Shown here piece by piece: positions 21,900 to 35,631 of a stretch of DNA of 64,000 nucleotides. Both the position numbers and the translations under genes were made by a program. Below the pieces are notes generated by a model. It ran no database searches and was not told where the DNA came from. It saw only the letters and a list, made by a program, of their open reading frames with translations. The DNA is from Selaginella moellendorffii (Eukaryota > Plantae > Lycopodiophyta). Location: NCBI RefSeq assembly GCF_000143415.4, contig NW_003314299.1, positions 1,614,559 through 1,678,558 of the forward strand, read 5' to 3'. Every line of letters begins with the position of its first letter. The first letter of the stretch is position 1.

Positions 21900-24800
21900 T
21901 TTTTATACTCTGTGACAAGCTCATGAGTATGTGTAAGATTCCTAAGAGGTTCCCAAGTTGATTCACAAGATGGGTTAACTAGATATTCCTTCGCACGAGC
22001 CTATTTCTGAGACTAAGAATCCAAGATAGCTTCAACTTCATATTCTGGTTCACTGTCCACAACATTTGGTGGTGGACGAATCTTCCCGTGTCATGCAACA
22101 ACCATAGTATAAGGAGCCAAGAGATTGGCATGAAATACATTATGAACATGGGACATCTCCGCAGGAAGATCCAACCGATAGGATACATCACCAATTTATT
22201 TCAACACCCGATAGGGTCCAACATATCTCAATAATAGCTTCTGAGACAAAGATCCCTAAATGTTCAAGTTCCGGGAAGATAGCCACACTTGATCTTCCAC
22301 TTGATAGAATACATCCCAATGATGCTGATCCTTATCATGTCGATACTTATCCTAAGCTTTGCCCATCGCCTTAGTAGCTCTAGACCAACTTTGGTGTAAC
22401 TGCTCTACATAAGTCTCAATGGCTAGGACCAACACTTTGGACATTGGTTTAGGTACAACAATCTGTTGAGGAACCCCACAAGCATTCCCTTGCAACATCT
22501 CCCATGGAGAACAGCCAATAGTGCTGTGAAATGTGTTGTTATAATAAATTTCTGCTGTGTCCAAATGCTCAACCCAATTGCGTTGGTCCGCTGCAATATA
22601 GTACTGCAGATAATCCTCAACTTGAGCATTCACGCGTTTGGTCTGCCCATCAGTCTGAGGATGATAAGCCATACTAAACTTCAACTTGGTATCAAACAGC
22701 TGGAACAGTGTGCCCCAAAACTTCCCCGTAAACCTCAAATCTCTATCATCTCTTCTGGAAGACCACAAACCCGCACTACTTCATGGAAAAAGAGCTTTGT
22801 TGCTTGTTTCGCATTTATTTTTCCCACAGTTGGAATGAAGTGTGCAATCTTTGACAACCAATCCACAACCACCATTAAAGTATCATAACCCTTAGACTTT
22901 GGCAAGCAAGTGACAAAATCAAGTGTCACACTTTGAAATGGCCATGCCAGTGCTGGAATGCACTGCAACTTTCCAGCTTGCTTCTCAGTTTTGCACTTAC
23001 ATTGCTGGCATATAGGGCAGGAACGGACATAGTCCACTACATCACCTTCCATACTAGACCAGAAAAATCCCTTTTTCAATGAAGCTAGAGTTTTCCGCTT
23101 TCCACCATATCTCGCTGCTGGAACATCATGATGTTCCCGTAGAAACAACTATTGTAGATCCTTAGAGGGAAGATACCATCTTTCTTGCTTATAAAATATA
23201 AGCCCATCCCGAATTGAGAAGTGAAGCTTCACATTGGTGCGACTAGCAACTTTCAACGCATCACTACTAGGGTTCTGCTTCGATAACTCCGCATGGTGCA
23301 AGATTGCCTTCGCCAATGGATCACTTCCATACGAAGCCCGAACGTCCTCCAACCAGTCCGAACTGATTGCCGATATTGCCTGGAATAGAGCCTAACGACT
23401 CAATGCATCCGGAACAATATTGTCTTTACCAGGTTTATATATGATTTCAATATCATATCTAGCGAGCTTCTCTTGCCAACGGGCCTGCTTTGGCGTAAGC
23501 TTAGGTTGCATAGAAAAGTAGCTCAGTGTGTTACTATCTATATAAACCTTGGTGTGTCCACCCAAGTAATCTCTCCAATGTTCCAGAGTCGACATTATAG
23601 CAAACATCTCTTTCTTGTGTGTTGGCCATCTTCATTGGGTTTCATCCAATTTCTTGGAATAGAATGCAATAGGACAACCATGTCGCCTTAGCATAACCAA
23701 CCACTTTATCACCATCTTGCTGCAACACGGCACCAATAGCATAGCCAGACGCATCACAATGCACTTAGAAGGGTTTATCAAGATCTAGGATCCTAAGAAT
23801 AGGAACTGTAATCAAGATTTCTTTCAACCGTATAAAAGCACCCTGACAAGCTGGTGTCCAATGAAATAGAATACTACTCTTCGTCAACTTAGTCAATGTA
23901 AGAGCAATTCTTGCAAAATTGCGGACAAACTTGTGATAGTATCCCGCCAAACCAAGAAAGGAACAAACATTTGATATAGTGGTCGGGACTTCTCAAGACT
24001 TCACTACTTCCACCTTCTTTGGATCAACCTCAATTACACCACCACCAACTATATGTTCGAGAAAGTTTACGCGCAATTGTCCAAAAGCACATTTACTTTC
24101 CTTAGCATACAATTTGTGTTTGTGCAATTTCTGAAACACTAGCTCCAAGTGTTTTAAATGATCCTCTAACATTTCACTGAAGACTAGAACATCATCAATG
24201 TATAGGACAACAAATGTGTCCAAATAATCTTCAAATATTCTATTCATTATAGTGTTGAATGTTGCCGGAGCATTGCATAACCCGAATGGAATGACAAGGA
24301 ACTCATAAGATCCATACCGAGTCTTAAAGGCTATCTTCTCCACATCTTGATCCGCCACCCATATCTGATGATACCTGGACCGTAAATCAAGTTGCATAAA
24401 ATACTTAGCCTTTAAGAGTTGGTCAAACAAGTCATCAATGTGAGGCAAAGGATAACTATTTTTAATCGTGATCTTGTTGAGTGCCCGATAGTCAATACAC
24501 ATCCTCATGGTTCCATCCTTTTTCATAACAAAAAGGACTGATGCTCCATAAGGTGACTTGTTTGGTCAGATATGACCTTTGTTAAGAAGCTTTGTGAGTT
24601 GCTTTTTGAGTTCAGCCATCTCCTTGATGTTCAATCGATATGGAACTTTCGTAGGTGGTTTAGAACCCGGAATAACCTCAATCTGATGATCAACCTCATG
24701 GCTAGGAGGTAACCCTGGTGGTAAATCCTTCGAAAAGATATCCTGATTCCTTGCCAACAACTCCAATATCTTCATTGGTACAACATCAAACTCCTTCACC

Positions 24801-25941
24801 GATTTGAATTAAGTCACCAACACTCTCAGCTTCCATCACATGAACCCAAAAAGTCCGACATCCCCTCTTAGTTGCTTTTTGAGCGGCCCTTGCAATCAGG
24901 AACTTTGCATCCCAATCCTTTGAAGAACGCTTTTGCAGTTGGAAGGACACATCGGGACATCCTTCTGACTTCAATGTGATACGACTTTGTCCAGCACCAT
25001 AAATCCCTTTTATATATTTATTGAAGAAGTCCATACCAAACACTATCTGAAAATTTGGTATCTTCAACACTACCAAATCCACTCTTTCTTTCCACTTGGA
25101 TATTTTTATTGGAACATCACTCACAAATTTTCTGGCTACTTGCCCACCTTCCGCAAACCAGAAGTGCATAGGCGACATTTGCTCAGCATTTAATCCTAAC
25201 AACTTAACTAAGTCTTCAAATATCACACTATGCGTAGCTCCCGTGTCAATCATCATTCGGATTCAGTGTCCGCAGACAAAGCCTACCAAATACATCAATG
25301 GATTAGTGTTTGCATTGACTGCGAGAAAAGCTTCAAGAAAGCAACGAAAATAACTCACTTCCTCTTCCTCATAGCCTACATTAACCAACCCATCAACCCC
25401 TTCAGTTTCACCACCACTGTCTTCCCTCATGACATTAACACGAGACCTTGTCTTATGCTTGTTGGGACATTCTAAAGACCTATGTCCTGAGTCTCCATAA
25501 TGGAAGCAATGACCCACACTACCCATTCTGCTAGGAGCAGGTTTTGCAGGTTGCTACTACTTGTACCCACTAGGAGGAGGAACAAAGGACTAGAAGAAGC
25601 TACTGGTGGTCTCCAACCACCACCACCACCACCTTTGTTAACCGTTGCCTATGAGCCCTCAGGGCGGGACCTGCCTTCCACCCTCTGTTTCTGATCATCT
25701 TGTTTATTCCCAGAATTTTTATTCTTGTCCGAGGTACTAGCATATGGTTGTTGATATTGTTCCATGAGTGAATGGCTAAAGGCAACTTGCTATGCTGCCT
25801 CCTTACACTCCAGGTACGTCTTTGGCTTAAACTTCAAAATCTCATTGTGAGAAAGTGAATTTAAACCCTCCAGGAAATAACTCTGAGCATCTTCATCACT
25901 CATATTTGCAATAATAATGTGCTTCTGAGCAAATGCATTAA
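21900..25941 (-). mobile_element. Decayed Ty3/Gypsy chromovirus gag-pol
   Basis: Gag zinc knuckle remnant (CFHYGDSGHRSLEC), protease IDTGAT, RT ([14 protein letters not shown]), RNase H, integrase (YHPQTDGQT) and chromodomain (EPEYEVEAILD...STWEPLRNL, about 21925-22052); many stops and frameshifts; 5' end lost at 25942. Confidence 0.9.
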
Positions 25942-27063
25942 CGTGTTTGCCAACACTGCCACTGGATCGAGGCCCACAGGCCCGACCACTAAGTCCCACG
26001 GTCCTCTGGGACTTCCTCACCACACGACTGTGTCCTTGGTCACTACCCCAGAGGGCTGCTCCTCTTCCTTTCCACAGTCTGGGCCTTTGGGACACCATTT
26101 CGGAACACCGTGGCCTTACGCAAGCCACCTAGGTACTCTCCCCGCCTTCCGCCCTTGGGTGCTCTAGCCATGGGCTTAGAGCGAGGTTCCGTTGAGCCAC
26201 GCCTGGTATCCAAGTATGTAGTGCCACCCACACTTGGACTGGGAGCATCGGCCAGTCGATCTCCCGGGGGAACTAGAGCCGGCTCTTGAACACTTCACCA
26301 AGCTACCCCGCTTGTCGGTCTGTGTTCACTCTAGTCTTGGGTCTTCCCAGTGGTCAGCTCATCACCCATCTCGGGTCCATCTCGGACTCCATCTCGGGTC
26401 CATCTCAGGTCCATCTCGAACTCCATCTCGGGTCCATCTCGGACTCCATCTCGGGTCCATCTCGGACTCCATCTCAGGTCCATCTCGGACTCCATCTCAG
26501 GTCCATCTCGGACTCCATCTTGGACTCCATATCGGACTCCATAGCGGACTCCATCTCAGACTCCATCTCGGACTCCATCTCGGACTCCATATCGGACTCC
26601 ACTTCGGGTCCATCTCGGACTCCATCTCGGACTCCATATCGGACTCCACTTCGGGTCCATCTCGGACTCCATATCGGACTCCACTTCGGGTCCATTTCGG
26701 ACTCCACTTCGGGTCCATCTCGGACTCCATCTCGGACTCCATATCGGACTCCACTTCGGGTCCATCTCAGACTCCACTTCGGGTCCATCTCGGACTCCAA
26801 CTCGGGTCCGCCTCGGACTCCATCTCGGACACTTCCACGTGTCATGTGTTGGTCCTTTTTGGGTCCTTTTTTGGAGCCTTGCTTATTGGTTGCCTCATGC
26901 TTGCTCCTCGAGCACTTTGTTGGGAGTTCCACTCCCGCTCTCGACCTTCCAAGTCGGAGCTTTTAGTCCAAACGTGTTATACTCGTTTGGCTTTTACTTC
27001 GGCCACTACCACGTGGCACCCTTTCCGGCTCCACTTTGGGTCCTAGGGATTTTGTGTCTCACA
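25942..27063 (-). mobile_element. Truncated, internally deleted family A LTR
   Basis: Starts TGTGAGACAC (minus, 27063); matches about 16577-17843 with a deletion at about 26367; far end missing and no TSD. Confidence 0.85.
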
Positions 27064-27690
27064 ATTCACTCATTTGGCATATCTATAAAATGTAGAGATC
27101 AACTTGAACACAATAGTGTTCGTCCCATATCCAAATTTGCAATCTAAAGACATTCCATATTTAGAAAGTTTCGAGCTTGTCCTAGAGACTAACTCTTGGT
27201 ACTATGCTGCGGAAGAGGCTGAGGCTGAGTTAGAAGAGGAAGAGCCAGATGCTGCGGCATTATAGTGTATGGCTCAGGAAGTCAAGATCGAGAATTTGCG
27301 AAGGGAGATTCGCAAATTAAAAAAGGAGAACAAGAAGATGAAGAAAGAAGCTGAAGCAGCTAAACTAGCTAAGCCTAAGCAACCAAACTCTTCTTCAAGT
27401 TTTGAGGAAGATGAAGTTCTACAGCCGCCCCCAATTGCACGAGTTTCAAAGTTCAAGCCTCCGAAACCACCCAATTTCAAAGGCATGCGAGACTATCAGG
27501 TTTTGGAAGACTAGGTCTACGATATAGAAAACTATTTTATAGCAGCAAACGTAGATAATCATACAAAATTTGTTTGCACGTAATCCTTTCTCACCAATCA
27601 TGCCAAAACTTGGTGGTGCTAAGTGTTTGCTGGAAAAGGGCAAACTAAAAGTTAGACCAAAATGCAGTCTTGTATTCATAAGGAATACTT
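27064..27690 (+). mobile_element. Family B LTR fragment fused to a gag N-terminal remnant
   Basis: 27064-27205 matches about 15445-15585; then SKFKPPKPPNFKGMRDYQVLED*VYDIENYF, a retrotransposon gag start. Confidence 0.6.
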
Positions 27691-27909
27691 TCTGGATGAT
27701 CTTGGTCTAAGATGTGAATCCAAGATCATCCGTCTTAGATGATCTTGGATGATCATTTAAGACGTCCGATCCCATGACTGACACTCAAAAGTACCACCAA
27801 CATGGCAGCCTGTTACGCTAAGGCCATGCCCAATCAGAGCTTAGGCATGGGTTTAGGGTTTAGTGGTGACTAAACCCTAAACCCTAAAAAAAATAAAAAT
27901 AAAATAAAA

Positions 27910-28927
27910 TTAGTGGGGACTGATAGAAGGATATTGGGGAAGGCTATTCCCCTTGTCGGTGGGCATCCTAAGGATGCTAAGGAGTGGATTTGAGATGACC
28001 TCTCATGGATGGTTTGCCTAGTCTTGGAGAGCCAAGACTATGATACAAGTGGTATTGGACTACCAGTGTGGCAAAGGTGATTGGGCATGGCCTTAGCGTA
28101 ACAGGCTGCCATGTTGGTGGTACTTTTGAGTGTCAGTCATGGGATCGGACACGTGGAGCAATTGTACCAAGTGCAAATGTTGAGTGGCATGGATGCCATT
28201 CTCGGGGCTAGCAAGTCCCAAGTCCTGAAATGGACTTATGGAGGTTGTGATTGAGACTCCTCCGAGTGGTTGGAGGTGTGGTTAAGTGACTAAAGAAGAA
28301 TGGAAAATTTAGTCGCTCACAATTTGGTATAAGAGCTGTTCCTTAGTCCGACTTTTATTGGTGCTCAAGTATATCACCATTAATGTTGGCATCGGAAGGT
28401 CCTAGGAGTGGGCCTATCCTTGAGGAGTAGCATGTCGAGAGGACATGGCTCTCCACTCAAGTTCATGCGTGAACTTGGGCACAATGTGGTGGATAGAAAA
28501 GGGCCAATAATGGAACGACTTTGGGATCTTAGGAACAGTATAAGGTGTCCTCAGAGAGCTAAGGATGTGATCCAAATGAGCGTTTGACGCAGCAAATGGG
28601 CTAACGTAGTTGTGATAAACAACTATAGTTGGGATCACGGGAAAGATGTAGACTCCAAAACAATAAAGGAGTCACAAGATTATCCTCATATAATTGAGGT
28701 TGGTGCTCATGACTGTGAGACCAGAGGTAATGACCGTGGGAGGTCAAATACGGAAGAGGACTCAAGTCCTTGAAATGGTAGCCGGGGCTACCTTTAATAA
28801 ATGCTGGAACAACCCAAAGAGTTGGGGGGTTTACTTAGAGATGAGTGGTATTCTCATCACATGGACAAATAGTCCTAAGTGGGCAAAGTGTTGCCCCAGA
28901 GAACAAAATCAAGTGTCAGAGTAACAC
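27910..28927 (+). mobile_element. Family A element: 3' part of 5' LTR, PBS and start of internal region
   Basis: LTR end ...TTAGTCGCTCACA at 28321, followed by TTTGGTATAAGAGC (iMet PBS variant); 28343-28928 is homologous to 57044-57630. Confidence 0.85.
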
Positions 28928-29865
28928 TGTTAGGGCGTGGCCACCGAGAGAGTGAGAGAGAGAGAGGGAATATTCTGGTCCTCAGAATATTCCCCATCTT
29001 CCTTGTATAAAACCCTTGCCTCACAAGGGCGAGGGGGGGCATTTTGTGGAGAGCAGTGAAGCATTTCTCGTGTTTGAGCGAGCGTTGGGGGAAGCGCCCC
29101 TCCTTCCCCCAACAAATGGTGAACCCGGCGTGACGTGCAACACTTTTTGAAGCGTCGTTTCTCTCTTTTCTTTTGGCCGCAGAGTTTGGGAGGGAATTCC
29201 TTGTTCATCTTGCGGTGGTTTTCTTTGATCTGGAGTGTGTTGGATAGTTCTGGAGCTCCTCTTTCCAGCAAGGTATGGCGCTCATCAAGCCGTGCAGTAT
29301 TTGAAGAGATACAACGTTTCTTGGCTCGGTCGGATGAGCATTTTGGGGTTTTCACTTTCTCGCCTGGATCCTCGGCCAAATTTCTCAAGGTAGTGCATTT
29401 GGGCTTGTAGATCTGGCCTAGATCTATGAGTAGTTGTAGTTCTTGGCACTAGATTTGGGCGAATTGACGGCATGCAAAAGGATTTTCTTCTCCGGCTAGA
29501 TTGGGTTATCTTTGTGGTAGGAATTCGTGCTCCTCCAAGCTTGGTTTTGGATGCCGTTTGTTTCTAGAGGTGCTCCTGGTTCTAGGCTTTCCAAAAATAC
29601 CAACAGCGCCTCAGTATCAATCTACATCACAGACATGCACATGTTTTTCCACAATGTTGGCGTTCTAGGCTACCTCTTCGTGGATTTCAGGGGATATTGA
29701 GGCGGCTTCTTCCCACATTCCTACAATAGAGGGGAGACGGGGCTAAGCCCTTGCCAACGAGCCCACCGACAGTCAAAATGGAAAAGGATCGAGACTAGAG
29801 GACTCATTTTTCTCTTTTGGGTTAACCTTTGTCGGGGGTTCCTTGGGAACGAAGCAATCTTCAAG

Positions 29866-30130
29866 GAACAGGTAACAGTAGGAACAGGAACAGGTAACTG
29901 TAGGAACAGGAACAGCAGGAGCAAGCGCAGGGGTAGGAGTGAGAGTAGGGGTTATCAGTTACAGGTCACAGGTCCCCGGTTATCAGCTACCGGCTACTCT
30001 TGCGGCTACTCCAGTGGCTGCTCCAGCGGCTACCCAGGTTACCGGCTACCGGCTACTCCAGTGGCTACTCCAGCAGCTACTTTAGTGGCTCCTCTAGCGG
30101 CTACTCCAGTGGCTACTCCGGCGGTTACCC
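29866..30130 (+). repeat. Short tandem repeats (CAGGAA; GGCTACTCCAGT 12-mer) in the Tat 5' leader
   Basis: Directly visible degenerate tandem arrays. Confidence 0.75.
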
Positions 30131-33100
30131 TACGGGTCAAAGGTTACGTGTGCTTGAGGATATCTCCCATTTCGACCCTTATTTCTCTTTGTCACAGGCA
30201 TTTTGAGCGACTTGAGCACTAGCCTACAGTCTTCTTGCTCCGGTCAACCCAGTTGCCTTGACCGGGCATTTGAGGGTATTCAGGGTATTTGATGCCGATA
30301 CAAACTAGATGTACGACAAACTGGCACCCTTTTACCGTACCTCAAGGCCCTAAGGTATGGAGTAAACTTTCTAACATCCAAAGGCAGCTTCGGTACGACA
30401 TTGCACCTTCTTGGGCCGAGTCCTCTTCATCCTCGACAGATTCCAGTGACTTAGATCTACGATATGGCGCAGCCACCTTTAGCTCGACCTCAGCTCCATG
30501 TTCTGCAGAAGGGGAGTGATCTGCCGGTCTTCTTAGGTGTTGGAACAGTCTCTCCAACATCGCATATCAGTCACTTTGATTACTACTGCACCACAAACAT
30601 GATCATCGACGATGATCGTATGTGCCGCGACTTCCTGCAGTCTCTCGAAGGCAAAGCAGCAACTTGGGCAGATTCTCTCCTCCCAGGGGACTGGACAGAC
30701 TTCCAGACACTACTTGCTTCTTTCAAAGAACGCTTCGTTGAAGAAAAACCCACAAATCGGCTACTTGTCGACCTCTTTTCGTTCCGACAGGGTGCTCACG
30801 AGACTGTTCCTGACTACATCACACGCTTTCGAGCTTACTGGAAGCAGTGTTGGGATCGCAGAGTAGTCCAAGATGAGCAACAGGGGATCACAGCATTCAC
30901 AGCAGGTTTGTGTGGGAACTTGCAGCGGAAACTTCTTAAGAAGACTTTCAGGTCTTGCCGTGAGGCATTTTTGTTTGCCACAAAGCTGGAAAGAGAGCTT
31001 CTGGTCGACTTGGGGATTGCTAGAGTTGATTTTGACCAAGCCATCATCCCGTCAGAGTCACCTTGTGCCGCTATTCGCCCGTCCACATCAAAGCTTGTCA
31101 CTATTGAGCATACACCTCCGGCTCTTGAGAACTTTGCCAATGAGATGCGGCAGCTGAAGGAGATCATTCTTCAACAACAATCACACCATGACAAACTGCT
31201 CCAGGAGCTGGTGGAGTCCAGGAAAGAGGCCACTACAGCTCGGGAACGCAGATTTAAGTCCCGTTGGTGCACTCACTACGAGACGAACACACACAACACA
31301 CAGCGCTGCTTCAAGCTTCACCCAGAGCTTCGGCCTCCATCTTCTCAACGTGTCCAACAACATCCCTTTGCTGATAACTCCACACAGCCTCATGGTCCAG
31401 AGACATATCAGGAGCAGTTGGAGCCACAAGCACTTGAGGCAGCCCCTTCGTCAAGCAAAGGCAAGGCACCAGTCTCATCGGTCAACACGATTTTGGTAGC
31501 CGAGGAACTTTATAGGCAACAACAGCAAACCGCAGCCACTCGAGCCCAAGTGAAGAAGAAGGTAGCCACTCAGCCTACCATAGATCCCCCAGCGCCAGTT
31601 GAGAGCGACTCTCCGTTGGCATCAGGCCCAGTGACACAAAGGGTGGCTTGTAAAATCCCCTTCAAGTCACTCCTCTCTTCTCCTCCTGAGATCTCACCAG
31701 CAGCTACTCCTGTTCCGGAGCCAGTTCTTCAACAGCTGGTTGACACTCCCGTCACCTTTTCGCTCCGAGATATGTTGTGTCTTGTCCCGCGATTCGGCCA
31801 GCGTTTGGAGGAGTTTGCACGGTCAGGAACACCAGAGAGCACTCTCAAGAGGACTCCTCAAGAGGTGCACATTATCGATATGACAAGATATGGAGGAGAT
31901 CCTGGTCCGTTCTTCATCCCGGTGCAGATCGGTACTTTCTCTTGTAGGATGGATGCTTTGGTTGACTCCGGTTCTGGAAGCAACATTATCTCTCTCTAAG
32001 CTGCCCTTTCAGCACAGCTACAGATCACTGAGAGCTCCTCCATCGTGCTCAAAACCTTTGCCAACCATACCGTTCCTCCAGCGGGAATTTGCTGTGGTGT
32101 CAAGGTCTCTGTGTAGGGTGTTATTTCTGAGGTGGATTTCCTCGTGGTTGACTACCAACGTCTTGGAACATCCTCTTTGAAGGACTCTATCATCCTTGGC
32201 CGCTCATGGCAAGTCACAGCCCATTGCACCATTGATAGTGCACAAGGCAAGTTGGAAATTAGCGATGGAACCCATAGCGCCACCTTTCTCAACAACCACG
32301 GCAGAGCTCTTTCTCAACAAGCCCAGCAAGCTCGGACTAAGATGGCCTCCACACCATACTTTCCTCCCGACCTCACAGAGGTTTTTCCTGAGTTGGCAGT
32401 GGCGTCAACCATCTATATGGCAGATGCTTCCTCATGCAATGCGATTGACACGGTTGGAGGTGAGTCAGGTAGCCCGAGACATCTCTCAACTTCACTCTCT
32501 TTATTTGAGAGTAAGGCCGAGCCTCTAGAAAGGCCCTCTTTATTTGAGGGTAGGGCTTATAGGATACGGGCTCATATATCCAGCTTTTCAGAGTGTTTCT
32601 TGATAGAGGAAGGGCTCCTTGATTCGTTTCTTGCATGGGACCAACTCTCTCTTATGGATCTTGATGACACAGTCACCCCAGACCAAGCCCATCTTTCACA
32701 GGACATAGCTGAACTCGATTCTCCTCAGCAACTCTTTGAGGTGTTACACAGCCAGCATTTTCCTACTAAAATCACAGTAGCTGACGACTTCGAGCATATT
32801 TTGTCATGCTGTTTTTTGGAGACGGAAGATGACATCCAGTCACACAATTGGCAGGAAGAATCAAGCAAATCAGACGTGCTACATGCGAGTTATAGCTCTT
32901 TGAGTTTTGAATTTCCTACCGTGGAGCCCCCGGTACAGATCCAAGGGTATTACACTGAAACTTTAGCACCAGACTTGGACTGGACTTCGGTGGAGGATCT
33001 CCCTTCACTTGCAGAGTACCTGGCTGTAGTCCTTGCATTGGACATCGAGCGCTCAGAGCATCAGAAGCAAAGAGAACCACAAGCAAAGGCTCCGGATCCA

Positions 33101-35631
33101 ACAGCAACGTTCTTACCAGACTTACCAGAGACGGTCTTGCCGGATGTAGTGTCCCCAGCATCTTTATTTGAGGAAGAGTCCACTCCTATGATTACAGCTT
33201 ATTTTGACGGTGCTTTCTGCCCCAAAAACCAGGTTGCCGGCATTGGAGTTTGGATGATTGATTTTGCGGAGAACAAAGTAGCTGACCTCTCTATCACTTT
33301 GCCAGCAACATCAGGTAATGAAGCAGAGTACTTGGCGGCCATCAGTGCCATGAAGCTGGCCACAAACCTCAAGTTTAGGCGAGTCACTTTCATTGGAGAT
33401 GCGCAACTCATCATACGCCAACTTACTGGAGAATACCAAGTCCGCAAAGAGAACCTGAAAGAGCTATGGCAGCGGGCGGTCAACCTGAAGGATGAGTTCT
33501 CTGAGATGTCTTTTCAAAGTGTCCCCCGTGAAGAAAACTTTTGGGCAGACAGGTTATCACACCAAGCAATCACCACAATGCGAGAAGCTAAAGGCACTCC
33601 CTGCTCTTCGGTTTCCAGGGTCAGGGAAGAATCAAAGATAGAGCCTCCTGAAACCAAGGTTTCTCCAGACTCCAGGGTTCATGCTGTTTTTCTAGGTGAT
33701 GACAAGGATCCGGTCTTTATCGCCATATTGCTTGCTTCAACAAACGCAGCAAAGCTCTTAGATCTCCTTCACGATTTCAAGGACGTGTTTGCTTGGGACT
33801 ACAGTCAACTTCTAGGAGTTCCCATGGACACAATCATGCACAGTATTGTGCTTTCAGAGTCAACCAAACCAGTCCGTCAAAAGATGCGGCGTTTCAGCCC
33901 GACAGCTCACTCCGAGATGAAGTTGGAGATTGAGTGACTACTAGCAGCTGGCTTTATTTACCCTTTGGAGAGCTCAGAGTGGGTGGCCAATCTCGTCCCT
34001 GCATGCAAGGCAAATAGAAAACTCCGCCTCTGCATTGATTTTCGAGACTTGAACAAGGCAACTACGAAAGATCACTTTCCAACTCCGTTTATCGATGCGA
34101 TTGTGGATGAGATGGCTGGCCACCGGTACTACTCTTTCATGGATGGCTTTTCAGGGTACAACCAGATCTTCATTCATCCGGATCATCGAGATCTTACGGC
34201 CTTCCGGACACCTTGGGGCGTCTTTGCTTTCAACGTCCTCCCATTTGGCTTGTGTAACGCCGGAGCTACTTTTCAGCGCTTTATGACCCATGCCTTTCAC
34301 GACTTGATTGGAGGCGCCTTGAGGGTGTATATGGATGATCTGTGCATGACCTCTGACTCCTTTGAGGATCACCTTATGCACTTGGAACAGATTTTCACTC
34401 GTTGCCGACAACACAGGTTTTCATTGAACCCGGCAAAGTGTAAATTCGGGGTAACCGAAGGCCGGTTACTGGGCTTTGATGTCTCTCGGGATGGGATCAG
34501 ACCCTAGGTAGCCAAGACTTAAGAGATTCTGGATCGGAACCCACCAACCAACTTGAAGCAGCTTTGCAGCTTCCTCAGGCAAACAGGTTTCTTTCGCCGT
34601 TTCCTCCACAACTATGCCGCACGTTCACGGCCCTTGGTAGCTTTGCTACAACACAGTGTTCCATTTATCTGGGGTGAGTCCCAACAACAAGCCTTTGAAT
34701 CACTACAGCAGTCACTCCGCACGGCCCCAGTACTCCAACCACCAGAACGACAACTTCCTTTTGACATTTACATCACAACGGGTACAGAGGCTTTTGGAGT
34801 ATGCCTTTGCCAATGTTCACAGCCTGTCAAGCCACCACATGCAACATATTATGCCTCACATTCATTCAAGGAGACTGAAAAGAAATATGTGGATGCGGAA
34901 AAAGAAGCAGTGGCTGTTGTTTATACCTTGGAGCGATTTTGTCACTTTCTCGCTGGAGCCCGTATCCATTTCCATGTCTATTTTAATGTGCTGACCTTTC
35001 TTTTACAGCGACCGGTTCATAGTCCTCGTACTTTATTTTGGATTGTGACCATCCAAGAGTTCCAACCAACTTTTCACATGCGGCTGTCGCACCCCAAAAA
35101 TGGCCTAAATACTTAGCTTGGGCTAAGGTTGAGCCTAAGTGGTGAGTTTGGGCTTAAGGTTAGTACTAATCCTTGGGTTAGGGCTAAACCTTGGGTTTAG
35201 ACCATCCTTAGGTGGCACCCCTTCGACACTTCATCAATCTCCACCAAGGGTCACTGAGTCTCCGCCACCTCAGTGATCCATAAGTCACATCCCTTACTTT
35301 GTTGACACAAGGTTCCAAGGGATGCCTCCTTTGGACACATCACTGATCCTCGACTCAAGGGTCGCAACCCTTCCTTGTGTTTATATACTCACATCCATTC
35401 AATGCAATCCATCCTACCTTTTGGCAAAGCAGTGTGTGCTACTTTCCAAGTGGAAAGATCCTTGGGTTCTAGACTAGTAGTGTTGGGGCTTGGGGTTTTC
35501 CTTTCGAGCTTCATTTCTGGTGCACTGTCCGGGAAGGTATGCACATTGCTGCTCTGCCAATGGAGTGAAGAATCCGAAGACAGCTCGGTAGCCGAAGACA
35601 GCTCGGCGACTTCACTAAAGGAGGGGTGTGT

